Below, piece after piece: positions 16,559-25,175 of a stretch of 64,000 nt of DNA. Position numbers and translations under genes: made by a program. The stretch is taken from the sequence record MW825358.1; one strand, written 5' to 3'. The notes under the pieces were generated by a model. It was not told where the DNA came from and searched no databases. It was given only the letters and a program-made list of their open reading frames with translations. Position 1 is the first letter of the stretch. The number at the start of each line of letters is the position of its first letter.

Positions 16559-17959
16559 ATGCTGTACAACAATCTGATTCTCAACACCGATAGTTACAAA
16601 GCCAGTCACTGGACCCAGTATCCGGCCAACACCGAAACGACGTTCTTCTACGCCGAATCGCGTGGTGGGGTACATGACCAGACCGTGTTCTTCGGCCTGC
16701 AGACGATCTTGATGGATTATCTGAGCCGACCGATCACCCATGCTGATGTGGATGAAGCCCGTGACCTGTTTGCAGGTCATGGTGAACCGTTCAATGAAGC
16801 AGGCTGGCGGTACATCGTTGATACCCATGGTGGCTTTCTGCCTGTGCGCATCCGCGCTGTGGCTGAAGGGACGGTCGTGCCGACGCATAACGCGCTCTAC
16901 ACGGTCGAGTCCACCGATCCGGCTTGCTACTGGGTCCCTTCGTACCTGGAAACCTTGCTCATGCGCACCTGGTACACCACCACGGTGGCTACTGTGAGCT
17001 GGGCGTGCAAACAAGTGATCTCCAAGCACCTGTACAAGACCTGCGATGCCCCCGAAGAACAGCTGCCGTTTAAGCTGCACGACTTCGGCGCCCGTGGTGT
17101 GTCCAGCACAGAGTCCTCGGCCTTAGGTGGTCTGGCTCATCTGGTCAACTTCCAAGGCACTGACACCGTGCTGGCCTTGGTGGCTGCCCGTCGCTATTAC
17201 CACTGTGAGATGGCAGGCTATTCGGTTCCGGCCGCAGAGCACGCCACGATCACCCCGTGGGGTCGCGCCGGTGAGGTTGAGGCCTACCGGAACATGCTGA
17301 AGCAATTTGGCCGTGAAGGTGGGATCGTCTCGGTGGTGTCAGACAGCTATGATATCTTCAACGCCGTCTCTAAGATCTGGGGCAATGCCCTGCGTCAAGA
17401 GGTGATCGACTCAGGGGCCACCTTGGTCATTCGTCCGGATTCGGGCGAGCCGGTGGAGATCGTGCTGGAATGTCTGGAGCGGATCGATGCGGCTTTTGGC
17501 CACACCATCAACGCCAAGGGCTTTAAGGTCTTGAACCAAGTCCGTGTCCTGCAAGGTGATGGGATTGATCCGGCCATGCTGGAAAAGATCCTGGAGGCTT
17601 CCACGGCACAAGGCTACTCAGCTGAGAACCTGGTGTTTGGGATGGGCGGCGGGTTGCTGCAAAAGGTCAACCGTGATACGCAAAAGTTCGCACTCAAGTG
17701 TTCGGCGGCGTTGGTGAACGGACAGTGGATCGATGTCTACAAGGACCCGATCACCGACAGTGGGAAGCGCTCCAAGCGCGGACGCCTGTCGCTGTTCCGT
17801 CATCGCGAATACGGCACTTATCGGACCTTGCGTTTGGACGAGCCGACCCCGGCTGGCTTTGACGATGTCATGGTCACGGTGTGGGAGAACGGTAAGCAAT
17901 TGGTGCATCAGACGTTGGCCGATATCCGGCTGCGTGCCGATGCGCTGCGTAGGAAGTAA
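16559..17959 (+). CDS. nadV: Nicotinamide phosphoribosyltransferase (NAMPT)
   Basis: TDSYKASH, LHDFGARG, PAAEH, SVVSDSYD, IRPDSG, QGDG, FGMGGGLLQ. Confidence 0.95.
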   Translation: MLYNNLILNTDSYKASHWTQYPANTETTFFYAESRGGVHDQTVFFGLQTILMDYLSRPITHADVDEARDLFAGHGEPFNEAGWRYIVDTHGGFLPVRIRAVAEGTVVPTHNALYTVESTDPACYWVPSYLETLLMRTWYTTTVATVSWACKQVISKHLYKTCDAPEEQLPFKLHDFGARGVSSTESSALGGLAHLVNFQGTDTVLALVAARRYYHCEMAGYSVPAAEHATITPWGRAGEVEAYRNMLKQFGREGGIVSVVSDSYDIFNAVSKIWGNALRQEVIDSGATLVIRPDSGEPVEIVLECLERIDAAFGHTINAKGFKVLNQVRVLQGDGIDPAMLEKILEASTAQGYSAENLVFGMGGGLLQKVNRDTQKFALKCSAALVNGQWIDVYKDPITDSGKRSKRGRLSLFRHREYGTYRTLRLDEPTPAGFDDVMVTVWENGKQLVHQTLADIRLRADALRRK

Positions 17960-18224
17960 TACCACTTGTGAACCATCCGAATGATCAGCCCCTGATCTGA
18001 TCGGTAGATGTGTTTCGCAACACCCGGAAAACTGTAGGTGGATCACCGGGCCGTGGCAGTAAGAGACCGGCATCAATCCCGGCTCCCAGATATAACGAGT
18101 GGTTGGTTGTTAGACAGGATTCATGGGTAACTGGTTGCCGCCCCCTGCCGATGCCAACGGAACCTTCATCATTTTGTTTATCTTCCATCCGGCCGCAGTT
18201 AGGGCCTCCAAAGAAGTGATCCAC

Positions 18225-18704
18225 ATGAGCATCTTAGCAGGATTGAAGCGTTACGAACTTGCACCCGCCGAATGGCCCAAGGTCCGCCCCAGAATTCCAG
18301 CTGTACAATTGGAAGAAGGTAGTGAGGTACTGTATCTCCCGGGCGCTGCCGTATTTGTCCTAGCTGCATTCGATTCTGCTTTCAGCACAGGGAAAATTGT
18401 CGAGCAATTGAGACTTTACTGGCCTATCCCCGTGGATGTGAAGGTCAAAGAAGATGAACTACTGCGGTTCTTTGAGAACCAAGTGGAGCTGTTCAATGCG
18501 CAATTGACTCATTTGCCAGAACTGAGGGTCTGTGGTTTCGACCAGACTCGTCGTCAGTCAGACCCAGACGGCGGCTACCGCTATGTCACCAGGCGTTACT
18601 CGTGCCCACTCACGCCCTTTGAAAAGGTGTTCCGAAATGACCATGAGGGCCTCGGCGGTCCTTACGGCATGTTCATGAAACCAGTAAAACCAAATTCAAA
18701 CTGA
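18225..18704 (+). CDS. Hypothetical protein
   Basis: 159-codon ORF. Confidence 0.65.
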   Translation: MSILAGLKRYELAPAEWPKVRPRIPAVQLEEGSEVLYLPGAAVFVLAAFDSAFSTGKIVEQLRLYWPIPVDVKVKEDELLRFFENQVELFNAQLTHLPELRVCGFDQTRRQSDPDGGYRYVTRRYSCPLTPFEKVFRNDHEGLGGPYGMFMKPVKPNSN

Positions 18705-18705
18705 T

Positions 18706-18965
18706 GGTACGTCGGTAATATCCGCCGCTTGCGGCAGTGAGCATGCCGACGTATTGCAGTCCCCACACCGCCCGTTACGATGGTTCCGCAATTTACCACT
18801 CAGCGGGAGTAGTCGGTTTACAACGCTTATTGCACTTAGAGGTCAAGGTAGGGTCAGGAGGAGTCCTGATGTCCCCCAAGACTTGGGTCAATACGCTGGA
18901 CCTAACGTGAGCGGTTGGTGGGTGTTTATTAAGGCAAGGACGTATCATGTACGTCCTTTCTTTCC
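18706..18965 (+). ncRNA. Candidate structured RNA ending in an intrinsic terminator
   Basis: TACGTCGG/CCGACGTA, CCCACACCGC/GCGGTTGGTGGG, AAGGACGTA/TACGTCCTT + pyrimidine tail. Confidence 0.45.
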
Positions 18966-18978
18966 TTGTGAGAATCTA

Positions 18979-19278
18979 ATGGCACTTCCCCGTCGCTTTA
19001 AGCCACAGCGACTTGACCGGCTAGAAGAGGTTGTTCTGCCCGGCTGTAGTTACGCTGAACAGATCGTGCAGGCAACCGTGGCGTTGTTTAACGATGACCC
19101 GAGCGCTACCAAGCAACTGGTGGCCATTGACCTGATGGCCCTGACCAAGCTGGGCACTGACCGGACTGAGGAGAACAAACTCCACAGTCTGTTCAAAGAC
19201 GCCGGCTACAGTTTCCAGATTGTCCGCTTCGGTGGTAAGACCGGACAAGACATCGGCGTGCTGGTGACCAAGGATTAA
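18979..19278 (+). CDS. Hypothetical protein
   Basis: 99-codon ORF. Confidence 0.65.
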   Translation: MALPRRFKPQRLDRLEEVVLPGCSYAEQIVQATVALFNDDPSATKQLVAIDLMALTKLGTDRTEENKLHSLFKDAGYSFQIVRFGGKTGQDIGVLVTKD

Positions 19279-19283
19279 GTCCC

Positions 19284-19520
19284 ATGGACAGCGGCGATAA
19301 GGCACGCTTGCTCAGCGCGCTGGATAAGGTCACCGATGTCACCTTGCCGGTGACGGATAAACTCAAAATTCAACTGGACCCACCGATTGTGGATCCAACG
19401 CTCAAACCTGCAGCACTGGCAGCGACTTTCAAGCTCAATGCCCAGCTGTCCAAAACCCTAAGTGCCGGACTCTCACGTAACGGTGAGAACTGGCAACTAA
19501 AGGTCACAAAGAAGTTCTAA
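19284..19520 (+). CDS. Hypothetical protein
   Basis: 78 aa, AAGGA upstream. Confidence 0.6.
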   Translation: MDSGDKARLLSALDKVTDVTLPVTDKLKIQLDPPIVDPTLKPAALAATFKLNAQLSKTLSAGLSRNGENWQLKVTKKF

Positions 19521-19850
19521 GTGTTCCCCGCAAGGGGATCTGCACCGGAGTTAGTTCCTCCGAGGTCAATCGCAGGGCGAGCCCTTTTCGACTTTACACG
19601 CCACTCGTACAGTCCCAGATGGGGCGGAGTTGCGTGACTTGGTGCCTACGCATTGAGGTGTTGACTTGATCTGGCTTGGGTACCGACTAAAAGAACGCTA
19701 ACACTTCGGGCTTATTGTCCGGGTGGGAAGAGACAAGCAGGCGTGCACACCTGCCGAGGTTCTTACCTCTGATCTTCTTGGATTGGTCTCCTTAGCCTGT
19801 AGCATGCATGCGTTTCGACCAAACGCGAGCGTGCTATGGGGTAAGTGATC
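19521..19850 (+). ncRNA. Candidate structured RNA
   Basis: About 330 nt, no ORF on either strand in the track, dense hairpins including a GCAA tetraloop. Confidence 0.45.
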
Positions 19851-19853
19851 TAT

Positions 19854-19880
19854 AGGGATGTCGTCAAGTGGTCTAAGGAT
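19854..19880 (+). pseudogene. 5' fragment of an interrupted tRNA-Gln gene
   Basis: AGGGATG-TC-GTC-AAGTGGTCTAAG-GAT; acceptor strand complementary to CATCCCT at 20421-20427. Confidence 0.85.
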
Positions 19881-19885
19881 GCTAG

Positions 19886-20308
19886 ATGGGTGATATAAGT
19901 CCTCAGTTAAGCCAATACCGTCGAAGAATAGAGACTTTCAAAGAAGTCCTTGGCGGAAAGTGTTGTCGATGTGGCGGAACTGTCAATCTAGAGTTCGACC
20001 ATCGCGACCCCAATGAGAAGTATTTTACACTCACCATGGGTGTGGCCCGAAGTTATCCAGCTGAAGTACTTTTGAGTGAACTAGAAAAATGTCAGTTGCT
20101 ATGTGAGGACTGCCATCTTCAAAAAACTTTAGATGAGAGCGGCAGAGCCGAGCATGGTAGCGCTGGGATGTATCGACATCACGGTTGTCGATGTAACGTT
20201 TGTTGTGAGGCCAATAGAGAGTACTTGAGAAACTACTACGCTCAAAAAACGGCCGATAACCCAAACTACCGGCGTGAACAACGACAACGTCTGAGATTAA
20301 AACAATAG
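19886..20308 (+). CDS. HNH endonuclease
   Basis: CCRCG...LEFDHRDP...CQLLCEDCH; C-terminal HGCRCNVC. Confidence 0.9.
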   Translation: MGDISPQLSQYRRRIETFKEVLGGKCCRCGGTVNLEFDHRDPNEKYFTLTMGVARSYPAEVLLSELEKCQLLCEDCHLQKTLDESGRAEHGSAGMYRHHGCRCNVCCEANREYLRNYYAQKTADNPNYRREQRQRLRLKQ

Positions 20309-20315
20309 TTTTTAC

Positions 20316-20387
20316 AGGGGATTGGCCAAGCGGTAAGGCATCGCCCTTTGACGGCGACATGCGTTGGTTCGAATCCAACATCCCCTA
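20316..20387 (+). tRNA. tRNA-Gln(TTG), CCA not encoded
   Basis: AGGGGAT/ATCCCCT acceptor, GCC-AAGCGGTAA-GGC D-arm, TCGCC-CTTTGAC-GGCGA, GTTGG-TTCGAAT-CCAAC. Confidence 0.9.
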
Positions 20388-20394
20388 TTCCTTG

Positions 20395-20431
20395 AGGGCA
20401 TTCGCAGGTTCAAATCCTGCCATCCCTGCCA
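20395..20431 (+). pseudogene. 3' fragment of an interrupted tRNA-Gln gene
   Basis: GAGGG-CATTC-GCAGG-TTCAAAT-CCTGC-CATCCCT-G-CCA. Confidence 0.85.
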
Positions 20432-20719
20432 CTGTAATAAAAGAAGATGAGTGCACCAGTGAAGGGGTGGCACTACTAGCGAGTTGATGGCTATAAACCG
20501 TATCGCAACCTGCAACGTCCGACCAGCGTATCTTCTTTTTTTTTGTATCTCCCAGGTCTAAGACGGGAGAAGAGTGAACAAAGGAGTGTGGGAGGTAAGG
20601 CTCTGGAAGAGCCGGCGCGTGTTTGAGGTCACCGTGCCCACGGGATCTTAAGCATTGCGAAGTGTGAGCCCGGGACCAGACAATTGTGTCTGGCCCAAAC
20701 TTACGGAGTGAATTGAAGT

Positions 20720-21016
20720 ATGAAGACCACCACGATCTCTGATCTGAACCGCCCCGCTGACCTGGCCGCCCTCGGGATCACTCCCGATAACGCGAACTCA
20801 CTCCAGCTCGTCAGTGTTCAGCTCAAGGATGGACGGAACGTCGACGTCAATCGCAACTTCGCATCTGTCGGTAACAACGACAAACAGATGGTTGCCAACT
20901 ACAACCACAACGGCCAGGACTTCCGCTTCGTTGCGGATACCACCAGCCGCCAGGTCTCGTTGGAGAACTATCAGGAAAGCGATATCACCGGTTACACCCT
21001 TGGTATCACCGCATAA
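20720..21016 (+). CDS. Hypothetical protein
   Basis: 98 aa, GGAG upstream, followed by hairpin. Confidence 0.75.
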   Translation: MKTTTISDLNRPADLAALGITPDNANSLQLVSVQLKDGRNVDVNRNFASVGNNDKQMVANYNHNGQDFRFVADTTSRQVSLENYQESDITGYTLGITA

Positions 21017-21082
21017 CCCCTTGATCCACCCCTGACCGGTCGGCCATGCTTCGGCGTGGCCGACTTAAGGCCCTTGAGACTC

Positions 21083-21322
21083 ATGAGCGCACCAACTGGT
21101 AAAGAAAGCTACAACCCGCACTTTTGGCACGATGGCCTTGCAGGCCCTGCCAATATCGTCACCTACAACGGTGAGGACATCCGCGGGGTGAGTTACGTTG
21201 CAGATGATCGCGCCCGGCGCTTGATCATTGAAAAGCACAATAAGATCGTCCGTGAGTTGATGGCAGAGTGCGAGCGCATGGCGCGCCAGCCTCAGTTGGA
21301 AATTTTTACACCCGCACCCTAG
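21083..21322 (+). CDS. Hypothetical protein
   Basis: 79-codon ORF. Confidence 0.6.
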   Translation: MSAPTGKESYNPHFWHDGLAGPANIVTYNGEDIRGVSYVADDRARRLIIEKHNKIVRELMAECERMARQPQLEIFTPAP

Positions 21323-21366
21323 GTTGTGTAGATCCGCCTCCGTCCACTTCCTACGTGCCAAACACC

Positions 21367-21552
21367 ATGTCTAATCACAAGAAATACTACGATGGTCTTG
21401 ATAAGCTCACCGGCCAGGGAATGACGCCGCGGGTGGCCAACGACGTACTGTTTCTGCGCACCCAAAGCCATCACACTCCTGAGTTGGAACAAAAGTTCAT
21501 TCAGGAATCGGCCAAGGGTGAGGTTCCGGATATCACCAAGTTTGGCAAGTAA
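21367..21552 (+). CDS. Hypothetical protein
   Basis: 61-codon ORF. Confidence 0.55.
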   Translation: MSNHKKYYDGLDKLTGQGMTPRVANDVLFLRTQSHHTPELEQKFIQESAKGEVPDITKFGK

Positions 21553-21633
21553 CTGCTTCACCAAAATTCATTAGTCTGGTTGCACGGGTTTCGGCTCGTG
21601 CAACTATGACGCTTATGTATACAGAGGAACTAG

Positions 21634-22146
21634 ATGAGCAGTCCCAAGGTATTGACCTACCATCAACCGCTGGACCTGGCCACCTTAGGCCTGATTGTCC
21701 AACAGGTGGTAGCAGAAGGTTCGGTGTTCATTGAGAGTGATTACCTGACAATCAAAGACACCCGGATCTTACGCTTGATGCTGCAAGGTTCGGGCTATGA
21801 CACGTATATGGCCGTCGCCGTGGCCGCGCTGGAGCCTTGTGTGTATCTGGCAGCCCGCCGTGTCATTACCCAGAGCCAGTTAGAGTCAGACCAGACCTTG
21901 GATGCGGCCCAAGAACAAAGCATCGCCAATTTCTATGATCGCATTTACTTAGAGTCCGTCCTGCCCACCGGCGGTAGCGTCGCTGTAGAGGGGCACCTTC
22001 TTTCTGCAGCATTGCGCAATCACACCAAGATTGGACAGGCCTGGCGCGAGGCCATCAGTGCATCGATCATTAGTGCCGGTGGAGACTTAGAGGTCGCTCA
22101 GACGGCCGCAGCTCGTTTGGTCCGGAATTTCGCCAGCCCGAGATAA
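21634..22146 (+). CDS. Hypothetical protein
   Basis: 170 aa, GAGGA RBS. Confidence 0.75.
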   Translation: MSSPKVLTYHQPLDLATLGLIVQQVVAEGSVFIESDYLTIKDTRILRLMLQGSGYDTYMAVAVAALEPCVYLAARRVITQSQLESDQTLDAAQEQSIANFYDRIYLESVLPTGGSVAVEGHLLSAALRNHTKIGQAWREAISASIISAGGDLEVAQTAAARLVRNFASPR

Positions 22147-22153
22147 TCCTGTC

Positions 22154-22984
22154 ATGATTACGTCCTTTCGCACCAATGTCATGCAAGTGTGGCATGAGGA
22201 CTCTCCTGGAATGCGTGTGTTTGTACGCCGCAATTGGCTTATGCGCCTGTTGCGTAACAAACACTTTGCCGGTGTAGGAGAACGTCACTTGAAGCCTGAG
22301 GATATGGGGGACGTAGAGATACTGGCGCTTCAACTGGCGCTAGTCTTTCATGGCCTGTATGAGCAATACGCCCCACGCTTTGGGTATAACACTCAAAAAG
22401 AAACACGTGTCTTTGATCCACGTTCCCCTAATGGCCTTCTGATGAAGAAGGTTGCTTTGGAGATATTGACAGGAGGGTTTAAATTGTCCGACGAAGAGAC
22501 AGCTGGTGAATCAGCATCGACCATTGTGTCGCGTCTTAACCTCATGCCCATCTTGATCTATCAAACTGCCGATCTTTCCCAGCCAGTGACGGACGAACCG
22601 CCACAAGCCACGTTATCGATGCAGGTTGTCGAGTGTGCAGAGGATGCCTCGTTTATCTTGACAATGAACGATGGCCAGCAGGTGTGTATCCAGATCGAGC
22701 CTAACAATTACTCTTTCTCTCCTTCAGAGATGAGTCGTATTGGCCGTGAGTTGTCGGACTACCTCAATGCACAGCTGTTCGTCCTGAAGATGCCCTTGCG
22801 GGTGTTTTGGGCCGAATACAGCTGGACGGAGGAAACCGAGCATCTGGGTACACTCCTTCAAAAGTCCAAGATGTCCATCCCCCGCTCGGTGTGGGAAAAC
22901 ACCCTGGCCCACCCGGCCTATGCGGTGAGTGCCTCGGTGATGCGTCCTGAGAAGAAATCAGGCGAACTGCACCTGGGTGAGTGA
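22154..22984 (+). CDS. Hypothetical protein
   Basis: 276-aa ORF. Confidence 0.75.
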   Translation: MITSFRTNVMQVWHEDSPGMRVFVRRNWLMRLLRNKHFAGVGERHLKPEDMGDVEILALQLALVFHGLYEQYAPRFGYNTQKETRVFDPRSPNGLLMKKVALEILTGGFKLSDEETAGESASTIVSRLNLMPILIYQTADLSQPVTDEPPQATLSMQVVECAEDASFILTMNDGQQVCIQIEPNNYSFSPSEMSRIGRELSDYLNAQLFVLKMPLRVFWAEYSWTEETEHLGTLLQKSKMSIPRSVWENTLAHPAYAVSASVMRPEKKSGELHLGE

Positions 22985-23034
22985 AATAAGCTAACTCTAT
23001 GGGACTATCCCCCAATCCCATGAGGAGGCTAAGT

Positions 23035-23259
23035 ATGTTTGATCTGTTTCGCTTTTTGCTGGAGCTGGCAGGCTGCGTGGCGATTTTGTTCTCGCTCTTT
23101 GTCCTGTACCACATCGTGCGTCCTCAGGACCCGCCGGCTGACACCAGCAATCGAATCAACAAGATCCGACTGTTGTGGTTCTGTTTGACCCGGGAGGCGC
23201 TCTTTACCAAGACCTTCCCTTGGCTCAAGCACGACGAGCTGGATAACGTGTCTAAGTAA
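23035..23259 (+). CDS. Small membrane protein
   Basis: GAGGAGG RBS; N-terminal TM. Confidence 0.7.
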   Translation: MFDLFRFLLELAGCVAILFSLFVLYHIVRPQDPPADTSNRINKIRLLWFCLTREALFTKTFPWLKHDELDNVSK

Positions 23260-23333
23260 ATAGCAGTACACACCCCTCCCTGCCCGCAAAGGTAGGGAGG
23301 GGTTTATACATCCTTTTCTTGTCTGGAGACTTT

Positions 23334-23825
23334 ATGCGCATTGCAGTTGAACGTCAATTTGTGGTGGATTGCGAATACAACAACCCGACCCATCAATTGA
23401 TCTCAATGGCGATTGCTCCGCTGTGGCCCACCGATGGGTATTTCTTTCATCCACAAGAAAGCCCAGACAAGGAGTTCTACGAGGTCATCGGTCCGTTCCC
23501 CAGTGAGATCGATCCATGGGTGGTTGAGAACGTCATTCCACATCTGAAGAAAGAGCCGATCTCCTACTCGTTGTTTCAGAAAAAGCTCGGCGAGTTCCTC
23601 TTGAAGCATCGCGTGCAAGAGTTGCACTATGATTGGTGTGATGATATTGCCTATTTCAACCGGGCCCTCATTACCGGCCCTGGCGAGCGCCTGAGCATGC
23701 CGTGTGAGTTCCTCAGCCATACCCACCACCCTGACATCGAAGTGGCCTCTAAGGTGGCCCACAACGCCTTACACGATGCCAGGGCCATTGCCGCCGCCAT
23801 TAGGCAACGTTTGGTTCTCAAGTAA
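23334..23825 (+). CDS. DEDDh 3'-5' exonuclease family protein
   Basis: VVDCEY ... DIAYF ... HNALHDARA. Confidence 0.85.
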   Translation: MRIAVERQFVVDCEYNNPTHQLISMAIAPLWPTDGYFFHPQESPDKEFYEVIGPFPSEIDPWVVENVIPHLKKEPISYSLFQKKLGEFLLKHRVQELHYDWCDDIAYFNRALITGPGERLSMPCEFLSHTHHPDIEVASKVAHNALHDARAIAAAIRQRLVLK

Positions 23826-23839
23826 CGCGATTTGATCGA

Positions 23840-23854
23840 TATACTATCCAAGTG
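23840..23854 (+). promoter_or_regulatory. Putative phage-RNAP promoter box
   Basis: TATACTAT-CCA-AGTG. Confidence 0.55.
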
Positions 23855-23888
23855 ACGATCAACCCCGCCTGTCTGCTAGGGAACCTAT

Positions 23889-24095
23889 ATGTCTGACTCG
23901 CTGCGTGCTGGATTTGAGTTTTTCAATTTCATTGTAATACTTGTAATGGCACTGACCTGCGCAGTGCAGTCCTTCAGTCGCATGATGGCTGTGTTGGAAC
24001 TGAAAAGCTGCGAGATCCCTGTCCTGACCATGCGGTTAGTGTATCAAACAGCACTGACTTACCGGAACGCTTCTTTCTTCATGCGGGTACGGTGA
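23889..24095 (+). CDS. Membrane protein; frame stays open past TGA to 24281
   Basis: Hydrophobic ORF with a hydrophobic 61-codon in-frame continuation. Confidence 0.55.
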   Translation: MSDSLRAGFEFFNFIVILVMALTCAVQSFSRMMAVLELKSCEIPVLTMRLVYQTALTYRNASFFMRVR

Positions 24096-24347
24096 TGGGT
24101 TGTGTTGTTACGCAAGACCTGGCCGCATCTATTCTTATTTGCGGCCTTGTGTCTAACCCTTCCCCTTCGCTGGTATGAGTGGCTCTATGGCGGGGTGCTA
24201 GTACATGCCCTGTGGACCCACCTACAACTCCACCGCACCACCTTAGCGTTGGTGCCTGACCCTACAAGGATTGCCCTGTGATCTTTACCATCGAACACCA
24301 CACTTCGGTTCTTGGACGATATTTACGTCCATCACCGGAGTCCCACG

Positions 24348-24680
24348 ATGTCCCGCACCACCCGTCGCAACAACCCGTATCTCCTCGATCGCTACATCGG
24401 CACCAGGGCTGAGTTCTGCAACGATTCCTGGCAGATCTACAAGGCCGAAAAGAAAGGCCTGACGCTGGAGAAAGCGTATCAGCAGCGCCTGCACTGGTTT
24501 TCCCGTGACCACCGCTCTGGCCGCTTTGGCGTGCCGGCCTGGTACCGCAGGCTCCACGGTGCCCATCTGATTCGCCGCCACGAGGCGGCTAAGCTGCACA
24601 AGCACTTGCGTGAAGATAGTTGGGAGGTCCACCAGCCGGACAGTCGCTTCCGCGATTCGATGTATTACTGGTGGTACTAG
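24348..24680 (+). CDS. Small basic hypothetical protein
   Basis: GGAG RBS; Arg/His/Trp-rich. Confidence 0.7.
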   Translation: MSRTTRRNNPYLLDRYIGTRAEFCNDSWQIYKAEKKGLTLEKAYQQRLHWFSRDHRSGRFGVPAWYRRLHGAHLIRRHEAAKLHKHLREDSWEVHQPDSRFRDSMYYWWY

Positions 24681-24741
24681 AGTCCATATGCCCCGGACCT
24701 AAAGTCCGGGGCTTTATATCAATCTTTTGGAGCACTGCACC

Positions 24742-24924
24742 ATGTACGACTTGTATGATGAATCAACGGAAGGCAACTACGGCTCTTTTGCGGTGCGCCA
24801 GAAGACCAACCGCAATCAGTGGGACTGTTACGATAGCAGTGATTACAAGTATGTCGGCGTTGTCGACGATTTCGGGGTGGTGACGATGCTGCCCGGCACC
24901 TTGGTCAACATGCGCGAATACTAA
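24742..24924 (+). CDS. Small hypothetical protein
   Basis: GGAG RBS; 60 aa. Confidence 0.6.
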   Translation: MYDLYDESTEGNYGSFAVRQKTNRNQWDCYDSSDYKYVGVVDDFGVVTMLPGTLVNMREY

Positions 24925-24936
24925 GGAGCCACCACC

Positions 24937-25080
24937 ATGATCCGTTCTGATCTGTATTTGGGAATCCCCGATGCGCTCGTGGCCGCCAAAGCCAAAGAGT
25001 ACCCGCCGCAAGAACTTCAACCCAGCCCGCCGCTGATTCGTATGTACGGGGATCGTCACGGTCCGCGCGAAAACAGCTAA
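24937..25080 (+). CDS. Small hypothetical protein (47 aa)
   Basis: AAGGAG RBS; MIRSDLYLGIPDALV... Confidence 0.55.
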   Translation: MIRSDLYLGIPDALVAAKAKEYPPQELQPSPPLIRMYGDRHGPRENS

Positions 25081-25175
25081 CGCCTCGGAGCCACCATGAC
25101 AACCTCCTGCCTCGGTTCGATCATACGCAGCCCCTGCACGCAAGGTGCAGGGGGCGTGGATCAAAGGAACCGCAG

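Noticed and set aside
18020-18155. Cobalamin riboswitch words (ACTGTA, GAGACC, GCCCCC)
   Set aside because: Words are in the wrong order and the GGGAA/B12 box architecture is missing.
19530-19830. tmRNA 5' end (GGGGAT...TTTCGAC)
   Set aside because: No T-arm or CCA partner and spacing is inconsistent.
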